This document shows, in pieces, positions 1 through 10,286 of a DNA stretch of 64,000 nt. The stretch lies in the NCBI GenBank assembly GCA_027013815.1, contig JALWFY010000111.1:46642-110641 (forward strand). Reading direction: 5' to 3'. This DNA is from Desulfohalobiaceae bacterium (lineage in GTDB: Bacteria > Desulfobacterota > Desulfovibrionia > Desulfovibrionales > Desulfothermaceae). A program made the translations under genes and the position numbers. How positions within the stretch are numbered: the stretch's first letter is position 1; every line of letters starts with the position of its first letter. Under the pieces are notes generated by a model that was given only the letters and a program-made list of their open reading frames with translations, ran no database searches and was not told where the DNA came from.

Positions 1-1
1 T

Positions 2-256
2 GTAGAATGTAGGGACATAAATGAAGTAAAAGAAGCTGTTAATTCAAAGGTAAATAGGATACTATTAGATAATATGGATGTACAAGATATAAAAATATGT
101 ATTAAGGAAATACCTCGACGCATAGAAGTGGAAATAAGTGGAGGTATAACACTGGATAATATTGCTACCTATGGGAGATTAGGAGCTGATTATATATCTG
201 TTGGAGCAATTACCAAAGATGCACCGTGTATAGACCTTAGTATGAGAATTGCATGA
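2..256 (+). CDS. nadC: nicotinate-nucleotide pyrophosphorylase (quinolinate phosphoribosyltransferase), C-terminal fragment; 5' end lies outside the window
   Basis: Frame is open from the window edge. Translation VECRDINEVKEAV...EISGGITLDNIATYGRLGADYISVGAITKDAPCIDLSMRI resembles the conserved NadC C-terminus. nadB follows immediately. Confidence 0.85.
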   Translation, partial: VECRDINEVKEAVNSKVNRILLDNMDVQDIKICIKEIPRRIEVEISGGITLDNIATYGRLGADYISVGAITKDAPCIDLSMRIA

Positions 257-293
257 TACCTATAAAAAATTAGTTTAAAAGGAACAAAGAATT

Positions 294-1886
294 ATGTTTA
301 AAGGAGATATAAGACACCACATCAAGGTACTTATTGTTGGAACTGGTATTGCAGGTTGTAGTGCTGCCATAACCCTTGCCAATAAAGGAATACATGTCAC
401 ACTTATTACATCAGGAGATGATATAGATTCTGGAAACACGCCTCTTGCCCAAGGAGGAATTGTCTATAAAGGTGATAAAGATTCTCCTAATTTATTAAAA
501 AAAGATATATTAACTGCAGGTTGGAGATATAACTATGTAAAAGCGGTTAATTTTTTGAGCACAAAAGGACCTAATGTTGTTGAAGAAATCTTAATAAATG
601 AATTAAATGTGCCATTTGAAAGAGATGAAGCAGAAGGATTTAAACTTACTAGAGAAGGTGGTCATTCATTAAATAGGATTTTATATTGTGGAGACTATAC
701 TGGTAGGGCTATTATAGATGGTTTTATAAAAAAAATAAAAAATCATCCCAATATAACAATACTTACTAAACGTACAGCAGTTGATCTTATTACTTCACAT
801 CATCATTCCAATAGATTGGAATTTAAATATCATTTAGTAAATCAATGTATTGGGGCATATGTGTATAATGAACACTTAAATCAGGTTGAAACCATGATGG
901 CAGACTATACCATCCTTGCAACAGGTGGTATTGGGCAAATATATTTACATACTACCAACTCAGATGCTGCTATAGGTTCGGGATTAGTCATGGCATATAG
1001 GGGTGGGGCCAAGGTTTTTAATACAGAATTTGTTCAATTTCATCCAACTGCCCTATATCAAAGGGGAGGGCAAAAATTTCTTATATCAGAAGCACTTAGA
1101 GGAGAAGGGGCAAAATTTGTAAGAATAGATGGAATCCCTTTTATGAGAGAATATGATTCAAGGGGAGATTTGGCCCCAAGGGATATTGTGACTAGGGCAA
1201 TTGTAGAGGAAATGCTCAGGACTGGAGATGATTTTGTATATCTAGATGCAGCTGATTATGTAAAAAAGGACATACCCAAGAGATTTCCAACTATTTATAA
1301 AAAATGTTTAGAACTTGGATATGATATTACCAAAGAACCTATACCAGTTGTCCCTGCCGCACACTTTTTTTGTGGTGGGATATTGGTTGATTTAGAGGGA
1401 AGGACCACTTTGAGCCGGTTATATGCAGTTGGAGAATGCAGTTGCACAGGCGTACATGGGGCAAATCGCTTAGCAAGTACCTCTCTGTTAGAAGGCCTGG
1501 TCTGGGGACACAGTGCTGGGAATTCAATACTCAAGGCCATATCCAAAAAAAGAGGTATTTCCAAAAAACTCAGGGACTCTATCCCAGACTGGTCTAATCC
1601 GGGAAATAACAACAATGAAGACCCAGCATTAATTGCCCAGGACTGGTCTACCATAAAACACACCATGTGGAACTATGTTGGCATTGTAAGGACTACTTCC
1701 AGATTAAAGAGGGCAAGGGAGGACTTACACAATTTGAGCAAGAGATTATATGAATTTTATAGGAACACACCGATTAGCAAGAGTTTAATTGACCTTTTCC
1801 ATGGATGTCAATGTGCGATAATTATTACAGATTCAGCATATAGAAATCCAAAGACCACAGGATGTCATTTTAGGATAAATAAATAA
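294..1886 (+). CDS. nadB: L-aspartate oxidase
   Basis: 530 aa. N-terminal FAD fold VLIVGTGIAGCSAA, then GGIGQIY, HPTAL and GANRLASTSLLEGLVWG motifs of the succinate dehydrogenase/fumarate reductase flavoprotein family. Adjacent to nadC. Confidence 0.9.
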   Translation: MFKGDIRHHIKVLIVGTGIAGCSAAITLANKGIHVTLITSGDDIDSGNTPLAQGGIVYKGDKDSPNLLKKDILTAGWRYNYVKAVNFLSTKGPNVVEEILINELNVPFERDEAEGFKLTREGGHSLNRILYCGDYTGRAIIDGFIKKIKNHPNITILTKRTAVDLITSHHHSNRLEFKYHLVNQCIGAYVYNEHLNQVETMMADYTILATGGIGQIYLHTTNSDAAIGSGLVMAYRGGAKVFNTEFVQFHPTALYQRGGQKFLISEALRGEGAKFVRIDGIPFMREYDSRGDLAPRDIVTRAIVEEMLRTGDDFVYLDAADYVKKDIPKRFPTIYKKCLELGYDITKEPIPVVPAAHFFCGGILVDLEGRTTLSRLYAVGECSCTGVHGANRLASTSLLEGLVWGHSAGNSILKAISKKRGISKKLRDSIPDWSNPGNNNNEDPALIAQDWSTIKHTMWNYVGIVRTTSRLKRAREDLHNLSKRLYEFYRNTPISKSLIDLFHGCQCAIIITDSAYRNPKTTGCHFRINK

Positions 1887-1895
1887 GATATCCTC

Positions 1896-3161
1896 CTAGT
1901 CTTCTATATGTGGTGTGAAACCAGCAGATACAAGGGCATTTACAATTTGTTCTCTTTTTTCAAAAAATCTAGGCTCCAATAATATTCTTTTATTTTTTAA
2001 ATCTACAACTGCATTATCTATATGCAGCTCTTTTAATGCACCTTTAATGGTATTCACACAGTGTTGACAATCCATATCAGGAATCCTTAACACAAATTCC
2101 TCTCCAGTTGTTTCTATATGTGGATGATTTAAGCCTAACATATTTTTAATAGAAGAATATAAAAGCAGACATCCAAGTAGTATAGATGAACCTATACTTA
2201 TCCATAAAGGAATAGTCTCTTTTGAGGGGGAAAAAATTGTATTATTATAATGTGGCCATATGATATTTAAGATCATGCCAGATAGTATTGCAGCTATTGA
2301 TATAATCACAAGATATAACCCAACTTCCTTTTTACCTAATTCCTTTGCAATTACTGTTATAGTCACTGTATTCGTTGCAGGACCAGCTATTAAGAAAACC
2401 AATCCTGCACCTGGACTCATCCCCTTTAACATCAAGGCTGCCACTATAGGTATAGATCCTGTAGCACATATATATATAGGAATTCCAATAAGGAGCATAA
2501 TAAACATTGAAGTCCAATTAGATCCAAGATATCTGTATATAAAATTGTCTGGTATTGAATAAGTAATAATACCTCCTAAGATTATTCCAATGACAAGCCA
2601 CTTACCTGTATCCTCCATTAATTCTACAAAGGCATACGAAAAAATATACTTCAGTTTATCCATTATAGAATGGGTATGGGGCTCTATTCTAGAACAAATA
2701 GAACAAGAATTATTTACACAGCTAATATTTCTCTCTTTATCCGGGAAAAATAGATTAGTAATAATACCACATATTACTGCAGTTACAAAAGAACTTATTA
2801 CCCTAAATGCAGTAAATACAGGACCGAGTAAGGCATATGTGGCAAGAATGGAATCGATCCCTGTTGTTGGAGTAGATATTAAAAACGATAGAGTGGCCCC
2901 TTTGTCTGCCCCTTGTTTTCTAAGTGAAGCAGCTGCTGGGATTACTCCACACGAACATAGGGGAATGGGTATTCCAATTAAAGACGCATACAAAGACGAC
3001 CTTATCTTCCCTCTTCCCAGAAAAGATAATATCTTATCCTGTGGGATAAATACCTTTAAAATCCCTGCAAACAAAAAACCAAATAGGAGATAAGGGGCCA
3101 TGGTCTGGAACAAGACTCCAGACTCTTTTATAATCCCCCACCCTATATTCATGATATTCAC
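1896..3161 (-). CDS. polytopic permease (DUF318/ArsP-YraQ-like, SO_0444-type putative metal efflux) with a C-terminal heavy-metal-associated (HMA) domain
   Basis: 421 aa and very hydrophobic. CSCGVIP motif is typical of this permease family. The last ~65 aa form a ferredoxin-like HMA module with MDCQHC (MxCxxC). Confidence 0.7.
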   Translation of the reverse strand: MNIMNIGWGIIKESGVLFQTMAPYLLFGFLFAGILKVFIPQDKILSFLGRGKIRSSLYASLIGIPIPLCSCGVIPAAASLRKQGADKGATLSFLISTPTTGIDSILATYALLGPVFTAFRVISSFVTAVICGIITNLFFPDKERNISCVNNSCSICSRIEPHTHSIMDKLKYIFSYAFVELMEDTGKWLVIGIILGGIITYSIPDNFIYRYLGSNWTSMFIMLLIGIPIYICATGSIPIVAALMLKGMSPGAGLVFLIAGPATNTVTITVIAKELGKKEVGLYLVIISIAAILSGMILNIIWPHYNNTIFSPSKETIPLWISIGSSILLGCLLLYSSIKNMLGLNHPHIETTGEEFVLRIPDMDCQHCVNTIKGALKELHIDNAVVDLKNKRILLEPRFFEKREQIVNALVSAGFTPHIED

Positions 3162-3189
3162 CTAAACTACCTCCTAATAGAAATATTTT

Positions 3190-5118
3190 TTATATACCTA
3201 ATTTTATTTTACCAATAGGCAGCTTATTAACATTTTCTTTTTCTTGTAATATATGGTTATAGGAAATCCTATAATAAAAAGAATCAAGACCTATATACTG
3301 CTTAAAGTTATCTAAAAAATATTCTTCTATGTTTATATCTTCCATACCATATAGCATAAACCAAAATATACTTTCATTATCCCTTCTAGTAAACCAAGAA
3401 GACGGAATAGATACAAGACATAAATTATTAAATGGACTCTTAAACAATATAAATATCTGTGTAGACCTAATAATATCTATGGTATCACAATATATTCTAT
3501 CTAAATAGTATTCCCTCATACTTAATATATCCTTAATGGCATACATTATAAAATCTAGTGACACATCTTTTAATATATCTTCATCAAATATAATATCAAT
3601 TAATTCATATGGATTTTTTTCTAAAATAGAAGAATATAACTCCTTTAATTTAGATATATCATTTATCCATATAGAGTCACATATCTTTAATACTATTGTA
3701 GAGGTAAGTCTGGTTATATCATTTAATAAAAATTCCCTATAACATCTACCACTACTATCTAGTTCAATCATATATATTAACTTAACGCCTTCTATTTTTT
3801 CATCTATTGAGGGCAGAGGAAATTCTCGTGGGAATAGATCTATTCCACTTATCTGTTCTGCATAAAGAAAACTCTCTCTTATATCTTCTTGTGACATGAG
3901 AGGAGTAGCTTTCACAAGATATGGGGGCTTACTTGAATATTTAATCCCAAAATAATTAGCCTGTTCTTTTAATTGAGTACCTGGGAGCAGATATAATGGA
4001 TACATTCCCATATCGTCAAGTAGTATTTCATTTAAAATGAAGTCCACTCCCTTACAAATATCCTCCACCCTGTCTCCAGGAAGTCCTACTATTAGGTCTA
4101 AGACCACATCTATTCCCGCATTTTTTAGGTGAAATATCCCGTTTACAAATTTTTTCCTATTAAATTTCCTATTTATTAGACACAGTGTCTTTTCGTTAAT
4201 AGTTTGAAGCCCTACTTCTGTACTCTTTATATTTGCCTCAGCCATGAGTTGAGCCAGGTCATAGGTTACATCCTCTGCATTTAATTCACAGAATATACTA
4301 ATATCCATTTCTCCTGTAATATTCATTAATCTATTTAAGAATTCCTTAGGTCTTCTCCTCCTTAAAAACGAAGGGTCTAAAAAACTTATCTCTCCGGCCC
4401 CCCTATCTTTGCCCCAGGTTATCTCATCTAATACCCTTGAATATGGGAAATATCTAATGGAGTTAAAATTTTTGTGATAATAACAATATTTACAGGAATG
4501 CACACACCCCCTCATAGATTCAATCAACATAGAGCCATCAAGGGACAAAGATCCATTACCCTTAATATAAGATGAAGGGACATTGTCCAAACATACCTCA
4601 CTACCTTTTATAAAGACCTTTTTGTTTAAAAAAATCCCTTTGTCTTTTTTTAAAATCCTCAAGATCTCTTTTGGCTCTTTCCTATCCCTTGCTATTGTTG
4701 CAATATATAAAATGGCATTTTCCCCCTCGCCTATTACTCCTAGATCAAATCCTGGTCTTTGGATTAAAAAATCGTTGTCCAGGGTCACCTCAGGGCCACC
4801 AAATATAACTAGGGTATGCGGAGAGTATTGTTTTACCTTATTTGCAATATACAGACTCCTCTCCACATTCCACAAATATACACTAAAACACACACAAGAT
4901 GGTGAGGCCTCTAATATATACTCCAATATACATGAATCTGAGCCAAGGGCCTCAATAGTAGGATCGAGCCTACATACATCAATATCAAGACCATTTTTTA
5001 GATATGAGGATACTGCAGAAGATGCATATGCACAGTGGGATAGGTTGTACTTAAGGTCATGAGAAGAGACTGGTAGTTGCACAAACAACCATATTGGAGA
5101 AAGTTCATCTCCTGGCAT
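3190..5118 (-). CDS. B12-binding-domain radical SAM protein with a long C-terminal extension (DUF4080-like)
   Basis: 642 aa. Radical SAM cluster motif MRGCVHSCKYCYY (CxxxCxxC) follows an N-terminal Rossmann-like cobalamin-binding-type region (VIFGGPEVT). Confidence 0.75.
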   Translation of the reverse strand: MPGDELSPIWLFVQLPVSSHDLKYNLSHCAYASSAVSSYLKNGLDIDVCRLDPTIEALGSDSCILEYILEASPSCVCFSVYLWNVERSLYIANKVKQYSPHTLVIFGGPEVTLDNDFLIQRPGFDLGVIGEGENAILYIATIARDRKEPKEILRILKKDKGIFLNKKVFIKGSEVCLDNVPSSYIKGNGSLSLDGSMLIESMRGCVHSCKYCYYHKNFNSIRYFPYSRVLDEITWGKDRGAGEISFLDPSFLRRRRPKEFLNRLMNITGEMDISIFCELNAEDVTYDLAQLMAEANIKSTEVGLQTINEKTLCLINRKFNRKKFVNGIFHLKNAGIDVVLDLIVGLPGDRVEDICKGVDFILNEILLDDMGMYPLYLLPGTQLKEQANYFGIKYSSKPPYLVKATPLMSQEDIRESFLYAEQISGIDLFPREFPLPSIDEKIEGVKLIYMIELDSSGRCYREFLLNDITRLTSTIVLKICDSIWINDISKLKELYSSILEKNPYELIDIIFDEDILKDVSLDFIMYAIKDILSMREYYLDRIYCDTIDIIRSTQIFILFKSPFNNLCLVSIPSSWFTRRDNESIFWFMLYGMEDINIEEYFLDNFKQYIGLDSFYYRISYNHILQEKENVNKLPIGKIKLGI

Positions 5119-6154
5119 CTCTTTTTTTTCTTCCTTGAATTTGATATTTATACACTGCTAGGTTGTGTTCTCTCAATGTCCTGCTAAACTTATGAGTACC
5201 ATCTCCCTTTGCCACAAAATATAAATAAGAATGTTTGGCAGGATGCACCACTGCATATATGGAACTAATTGTAGGAGAACAAATAGGGGTAGGGGGAAGA
5301 CCTTTATGTGTATAGGTATTATATGGATTTCTCTTGTCTCTAAGGTCCTTTTTTCTCAAATTACCGCTAAATCCTGGTCCCAAGCCATATATCACCGTTG
5401 GATCAGATTGAAGGGGCATATTCAGTTTTAATCTATTGAAAAATACTCCAGCTATAATTGGCTTCTCAAAATCATAAAGTGCCTCTTTCTCCACTATAGA
5501 GGCGAGTATTACTACTTTATACACCTCTGTTTGATCTGGAAGTCCATTTACCCATACATATTTTCTCACATTTTTCCAAAATTCATCTATCAAGGTCTCA
5601 ACCACTTCCCTTGCATGTCCTAATGAGTCCCCTTTTTCAAAATAATATGTATCAGGGTACAAATATCCTTCACCATTTTTTCCTGGTATATTATTTTGGT
5701 CCAAGAATTTCCTATCAAAAATAACCTTTTTAAAATCTGAGAACTTCAAAATCCCTTGGGATGCCAATATCCTACCTACCTCCCACCATGGAGATCCTGC
5801 AGGTATATATATTTTGTGTAGATATGGTCTTCCTGAGACCAAATATCTCATTAATTTTTTTTCACTCCACCTTGTGTTTATCAAAAACTCCCCTGCCTTT
5901 ATCTTATGGGAATCCCCGGTTAATTTACCCATAAGATAAAATACCTTTGTTTCTTTTAATATGCCTTGTTTTTTCAATTTATTTACTACACCTAAGAATG
6001 AATCCCCTTTTTTGACCTCAAACACAAGGTGAGTGCCCTTTTCATTAATAGGAGAAGTCCATGTATATATAAAATAATAAAAAAAAGAAGTAATAAGGAT
6101 AAATAAAGCTATTAAAATAAAAGCAAATAAAAAATGTCTAGTATTTCTAGTCAT
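5105..6154 (-). CDS. mltG: endolytic murein transglycosylase MltG (YceG family)
   Basis: 349 aa. N-terminal TM helix. C-terminal YceG signature ...QSDPTVIYG...NPYNTYTHKGLPPTPICSP...YLYFVAKGDGTHKFSRTLREHN. Follows ruvX, as in many bacteria. Confidence 0.85.
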   Translation of the reverse strand: MTRNTRHFLFAFILIALFILITSFFYYFIYTWTSPINEKGTHLVFEVKKGDSFLGVVNKLKKQGILKETKVFYLMGKLTGDSHKIKAGEFLINTRWSEKKLMRYLVSGRPYLHKIYIPAGSPWWEVGRILASQGILKFSDFKKVIFDRKFLDQNNIPGKNGEGYLYPDTYYFEKGDSLGHAREVVETLIDEFWKNVRKYVWVNGLPDQTEVYKVVILASIVEKEALYDFEKPIIAGVFFNRLKLNMPLQSDPTVIYGLGPGFSGNLRKKDLRDKRNPYNTYTHKGLPPTPICSPTISSIYAVVHPAKHSYLYFVAKGDGTHKFSRTLREHNLAVYKYQIQGRKKRDARR

Positions 6155-6581
6155 GGGTCCTAGATCTAAGATAGGTGATTAAAATATCCTGGGCAGCCAC
6201 CTGGTCTACTATTTTTTTTATCTTTTTACTGGACATGCCAAGCTCTCTTAATTTAGATTCTGCTTCATATGAACTATAGGACTCATCCATAAGATATATA
6301 GGGATAGAGACCTTTTTTCTTAGGTCAGCTACAAAATTTCTAACCTGCCTAGTAGTTAGGGTCTCCTCTCCTTGCAGACCAATAGGCAGCCCAACCACTA
6401 TTGCCTCTACTTTTTCTTGTTTAACTATATTTATAACCTCTGTGATAGCCTTTTGTCTGGAACTGTTTTTAAGGGTTTTATAGGGCGTTACTACCTCCTC
6501 ATCTACTGAAGAGAGAGCAAGCCCTATCCTTTTTTGTCCATAATCAATCCCCAGATACCTCATAACCTTGTCCAGTATCAA
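6147..6581 (-). CDS. ruvX: Holliday junction resolvase-like putative pre-16S rRNA nuclease RuvX/YqgF
   Basis: MRYLGIDYGQKRIGLALS... is the canonical YqgF N-terminus. The TTG at 6581 overlaps the upstream stop (TTGA). An ATG at 6563 is an equally plausible start. Confidence 0.85.
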   Translation of the reverse strand: MILDKVMRYLGIDYGQKRIGLALSSVDEEVVTPYKTLKNSSRQKAITEVINIVKQEKVEAIVVGLPIGLQGEETLTTRQVRNFVADLRKKVSIPIYLMDESYSSYEAESKLRELGMSSKKIKKIVDQVAAQDILITYLRSRTHD

Positions 6582-9500
6582 TAAACCTTTTGTTCCTTAT
6601 TTATCAAGTGCTTTAACTCCTTTTTCCACCCCTTGCCACCTATTAAGTGGCTCAAAAATTCCACTATATGCAAGACCTCCCTTGTGTCATCAACACGAGG
6701 GAGTATCCTTGAAAGCCCTACCTTGCAAGAAGGACATCCAACTAAGATTGGTAGGCCCTGTGGATATCTATCAAGGTCCTTATCAAGTTGTCTTTGCTTT
6801 TTCTTTTTAATAGTATAGTAAACCCCTGGTGCAGTAATGGCCCCAAGGCCACTCTCTCCACAACAACCTGGACTTAACCTCACAGGGATTTTAAAGAGTC
6901 GTTCTAGTGCTTGCTTATACACCTCATTGGCCTTTAGTTTTGGTACCCCTGTCCATTCAATATGACATGCCTGATGATAGACCAAGAATTCTGGTTTTAT
7001 CTTTTCTCTAAAATACAGAGCCATTCCCCTGTTTATGTAATTTTCAATCAAGTACTGGGTTATATCTTTAAATTCAATATCTGAATCAATAAAATGCTCT
7101 AGCCCATAAGACAGGATTGCCTCCCTACAAGTGCCGCAAGAGGTGAGTATGGTAATCTTAGATTTAGAATCTAGCCTAAGAGAGTTTAAAAGAGACCTTA
7201 TCTTCAATACATTTTCCATCTTATTCTTGTCAAAATCATCTTTAAGCCCTCCTGCCAACAAGGGATACCCACAACACATATGGTGGTCAGGAACCAATAC
7301 ATTCACACCCATTTTTAGCAACAAATAAATAGATGCCATACCAATATTAGAAAAAAATAATGCCCCTCCACATCCTGGGAAATAAAATACATTCTCCTTT
7401 TTAAACCCAGTGAGTTGTGATTCAATATAATTTCGTTTTCCAAGTCCAAGACGCATATATAAATCCAAAAAATCCAGGGATGGACCTGGTCCAGAGATCA
7501 AAGGATGTTTAAACTTATCTCTCACCTTGGGTGGTAGTAATTTTACCACCTGATTTTGAACATCCTGTCCCAATGACAGGACCTTGGCTACCTTTGGCAC
7601 ATAAGAAGATTTCTTTGTAAGATAATGCAGTATTGAAGATTTTATAGGATGATTGCCTCCAACTCCCCTTTGTTCTAAGAATTCTTTTAAACCAAGGATC
7701 TGTTCCCCGGTATTTATCTTTACAGGACAAATCTCCATACATTTCCCACAACCTGTGCACCTCTCTGATAAGTCCTTTAACATTGCCAAGATCTTTTTGT
7801 TGGGTCGATTCTCCACAGTCTTTACATAATAATATGCCTCTAACAATGCACCAATTGAAATAATCTTGTTTCTTGGATGATATAAATACCCTTCCTCAGG
7901 GTAATACATTGGACATACTTGTTTACATTTTCCACACCTAGAACATATTTGCACGTTCTTTAATATTGAAATCAATTTTTCTTTAAAAGGAATAGAGGTC
8001 TTTTTAAGGTCTTCAATCAATTTATTAAAAGAAAATGTATAAGGTACAAATTCCAATGACCTACGAGTAAGCTTCCCTGGATTAAATATATTATTTGGGT
8101 CAACAATGGCCTTATATCTTTTGAGTTCCTCTATCCTTTTTTCATCTAAAAAATGGATCTTTGTTATACCAATCCCATGTTCACCGGATATTGCACCACC
8201 CAATGAGAGCACTTCTTCAAAAACCCTAGACGCTGCCTCTTCAGCAAGTTTTAACATCTCTGGATCATTTGAATTAACAGGGATATTTACATGACAATTT
8301 CCATCACCTGCATGCATATGATTTGCAATGGTTATCCTGGTATTTAGCATATTTTCTTCTATTATTGAAATATCGTCCCTTAGTTCAGGATATCTCCCCT
8401 TGAGATCTATAAAAAAGAAGTGGATCTGTAACATAAATTCCTGTTCTGGCAACTCGTCAACATTTATCTTGCCTTTTAAAATATTAGTGGAAAAATTTAT
8501 TTCCATATCCACAAATTCATCTCCAGGGTCTACTCCATCTATCTTCAATATATCTTCTAGGGCCCGCCTGTATGCCAGTGCTGTATAATATAGGTTCAAG
8601 TTCTCGATAAACTTTGCAAATTCAGGTATAACATGGATAGGGATTACAATATCCTCGTTTATCTTAAATCCACTAGTACGCCTGGCTATTGCGCTGAGTT
8701 TATGCCTATCCTCCCAAAATAACTCTGCCTCTTTTTCGTTCTTTGCAATAAATACATCTACATTTTTATATCTTCTTGCAATATTTGCCACTTCTTCGGT
8801 AGTCTTATCCAGCACCTCCTTGTCCTCTGAATCAAGCTGGATCAAGAGGACAGACATTGGATCGCCTTCTATTTTTTTTGACTTCTTTTTATATTCTATT
8901 GCCTGGACATATTTTGCCCCAAATTCTTCCAAGGCAGACATCTTCACCATATCACCATGTTCTCTAATATTATCCCTCAATGACACGAGTTCTTTTATCA
9001 CAAGCATTGCATTTTCCATGGTCTTGCCATAAAACTCTATACAAAGTGTGGAGCTGTAAGGGAGTTTTTTATATAAGGCAAAACAGGCCTCAGTAATTAT
9101 CCCATCTACCCCTTCTTTTTGTACCCCTGGTAGCCCACCAAGGTACTTATTTGTAACATCCTTTCCAAGTCCTGTACCCCTTATGTGCTCACCCTTTAAC
9201 ACCACGGTATCTATAAGGGTGTTGTCATCCTCTGAAAAGATCTCAAAGACCACCTCCTCTTGTGGAAGTATCTTATGCCTTGGGTGGTTCTTTCTCTTTA
9301 TTTGCACACATTTTCCATTTGCAAGCACCATCTTATAGCTCAATATATTGTCCAATGTAGTTCCATATTCAAAGGCATACGGACCTCCAGCATTTTCTGA
9401 AATATTTCCACCAAGGGAAGAAGATGCCTTAGAAGCTGGGTCCACTGTAAAAAGCAACCCATGTTTTGCTGCCTCTTTTATTGCATTTAAGGTAATCACC

Positions 9501-10129
9501 CCTGCCTGTGCACACATATACATCCTGGATTTACTAATTTTCAAAATTTTCTTCATCCTGCTAAGGCTGAGGACCACTGTCCTGCTCATTGCGGGGATTG
9601 CCCCCCCTGTTAGACCTGAGCCCCCACCCCTTGGTACAATATGAAATTTCATCTCATTTGCCAGGTCCACTACTTTTTTTACTTCTTCAGTAGAACCAGG
9701 TGCAACCACGCACATTGGGAGTTCTATTCTAAGGTCTGTTGCATCTGTGGAACACTCCACCAAATTATTGGGAGAAGTATATATATGATCTGGAGAAATG
9801 AGTTTTTTTAACCTAGATATCACACTCTTCTTAAACTCTTTATCTTCTAAATATTCTTGCCAAAATTTCTTAAGTTGAGTTGAAACTAGGTTATATACAT
9901 CTTCGTCTATAATTCCCTTTTCATCTTCAAGTTGTTTAAACACACTCTCTGAGACCACTTCACAAGGGATAAAGGGATTATACCTGATCAAAAACATCTC
10001 AGAGCAAAGGCTCTCCACTGTCTCTCTAGTATACTCTGGCCATTTTAAAATCTCTTGCTCCTCTATCTGAAGTACGCGCTCAACTAATTTTAAATTAGCA
10101 ATAGAAATATGAGGGCTCTTTCTGTACAT
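6578..10129 (-). CDS. fused FAD-linked oxidase (GlcD-like) / 4Fe-4S dicluster / CCG-domain (GlcF/HdrD-like) oxidoreductase, YdiJ-like; probable 2-hydroxyacid (e.g. D-lactate or D-2-hydroxyglutarate) dehydrogenase
   Basis: 1183 aa. FAD_binding_4-type segment (VVAPGSTEEVKKVVDLANEMKFHIVPRGGGSGLTGG). Two CxxCxxCxxxCP motifs (CSRCGKCKQVCP, CTGCGKCMEICP). C-terminal Cys-rich CCG-type repeats (PGCCGESG, VGCPSC). Confidence 0.75.
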   Translation of the reverse strand: MYRKSPHISIANLKLVERVLQIEEQEILKWPEYTRETVESLCSEMFLIRYNPFIPCEVVSESVFKQLEDEKGIIDEDVYNLVSTQLKKFWQEYLEDKEFKKSVISRLKKLISPDHIYTSPNNLVECSTDATDLRIELPMCVVAPGSTEEVKKVVDLANEMKFHIVPRGGGSGLTGGAIPAMSRTVVLSLSRMKKILKISKSRMYMCAQAGVITLNAIKEAAKHGLLFTVDPASKASSSLGGNISENAGGPYAFEYGTTLDNILSYKMVLANGKCVQIKRKNHPRHKILPQEEVVFEIFSEDDNTLIDTVVLKGEHIRGTGLGKDVTNKYLGGLPGVQKEGVDGIITEACFALYKKLPYSSTLCIEFYGKTMENAMLVIKELVSLRDNIREHGDMVKMSALEEFGAKYVQAIEYKKKSKKIEGDPMSVLLIQLDSEDKEVLDKTTEEVANIARRYKNVDVFIAKNEKEAELFWEDRHKLSAIARRTSGFKINEDIVIPIHVIPEFAKFIENLNLYYTALAYRRALEDILKIDGVDPGDEFVDMEINFSTNILKGKINVDELPEQEFMLQIHFFFIDLKGRYPELRDDISIIEENMLNTRITIANHMHAGDGNCHVNIPVNSNDPEMLKLAEEAASRVFEEVLSLGGAISGEHGIGITKIHFLDEKRIEELKRYKAIVDPNNIFNPGKLTRRSLEFVPYTFSFNKLIEDLKKTSIPFKEKLISILKNVQICSRCGKCKQVCPMYYPEEGYLYHPRNKIISIGALLEAYYYVKTVENRPNKKILAMLKDLSERCTGCGKCMEICPVKINTGEQILGLKEFLEQRGVGGNHPIKSSILHYLTKKSSYVPKVAKVLSLGQDVQNQVVKLLPPKVRDKFKHPLISGPGPSLDFLDLYMRLGLGKRNYIESQLTGFKKENVFYFPGCGGALFFSNIGMASIYLLLKMGVNVLVPDHHMCCGYPLLAGGLKDDFDKNKMENVLKIRSLLNSLRLDSKSKITILTSCGTCREAILSYGLEHFIDSDIEFKDITQYLIENYINRGMALYFREKIKPEFLVYHQACHIEWTGVPKLKANEVYKQALERLFKIPVRLSPGCCGESGLGAITAPGVYYTIKKKKQRQLDKDLDRYPQGLPILVGCPSCKVGLSRILPRVDDTREVLHIVEFLSHLIGGKGWKKELKHLINKEQKVY

Positions 10130-10286
10130 ATGCTCTCTTCTCCTTAAAGATTAAGATATTATTGGGATAGCAATATTAGTTTTTTGTCTGTAATTGGCGG
10201 GTAAGAGATCTTGAATATCTTACCTGTAAAATGGTGGTAAACATGGCCCTAAACTATCAACAAAAAAATACATAATCAAGTAAATA

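Noticed and set aside
8925-8932. Third occurrence of the UGGAAGAA octamer (minus strand) inside the FAD/Fe-S fusion gene, checked as a possible additional SECIS
   Set aside because: There is no in-frame TGA upstream; the local reading is ...VKMSALEEFGAK... The octamer here simply encodes Leu-Glu-Glu. This also shows that the octamer alone is not diagnostic.
10130-10286. Small 22-codon ORF and 7-bp hairpin (GGTAAGA...TCTTACC) between the acetyl-CoA synthetase and the FAD/Fe-S fusion gene
   Set aside because: The ORF has no RBS and no recognisable product. The hairpin lacks a U-tract, so it is not called as a terminator or as a gene.
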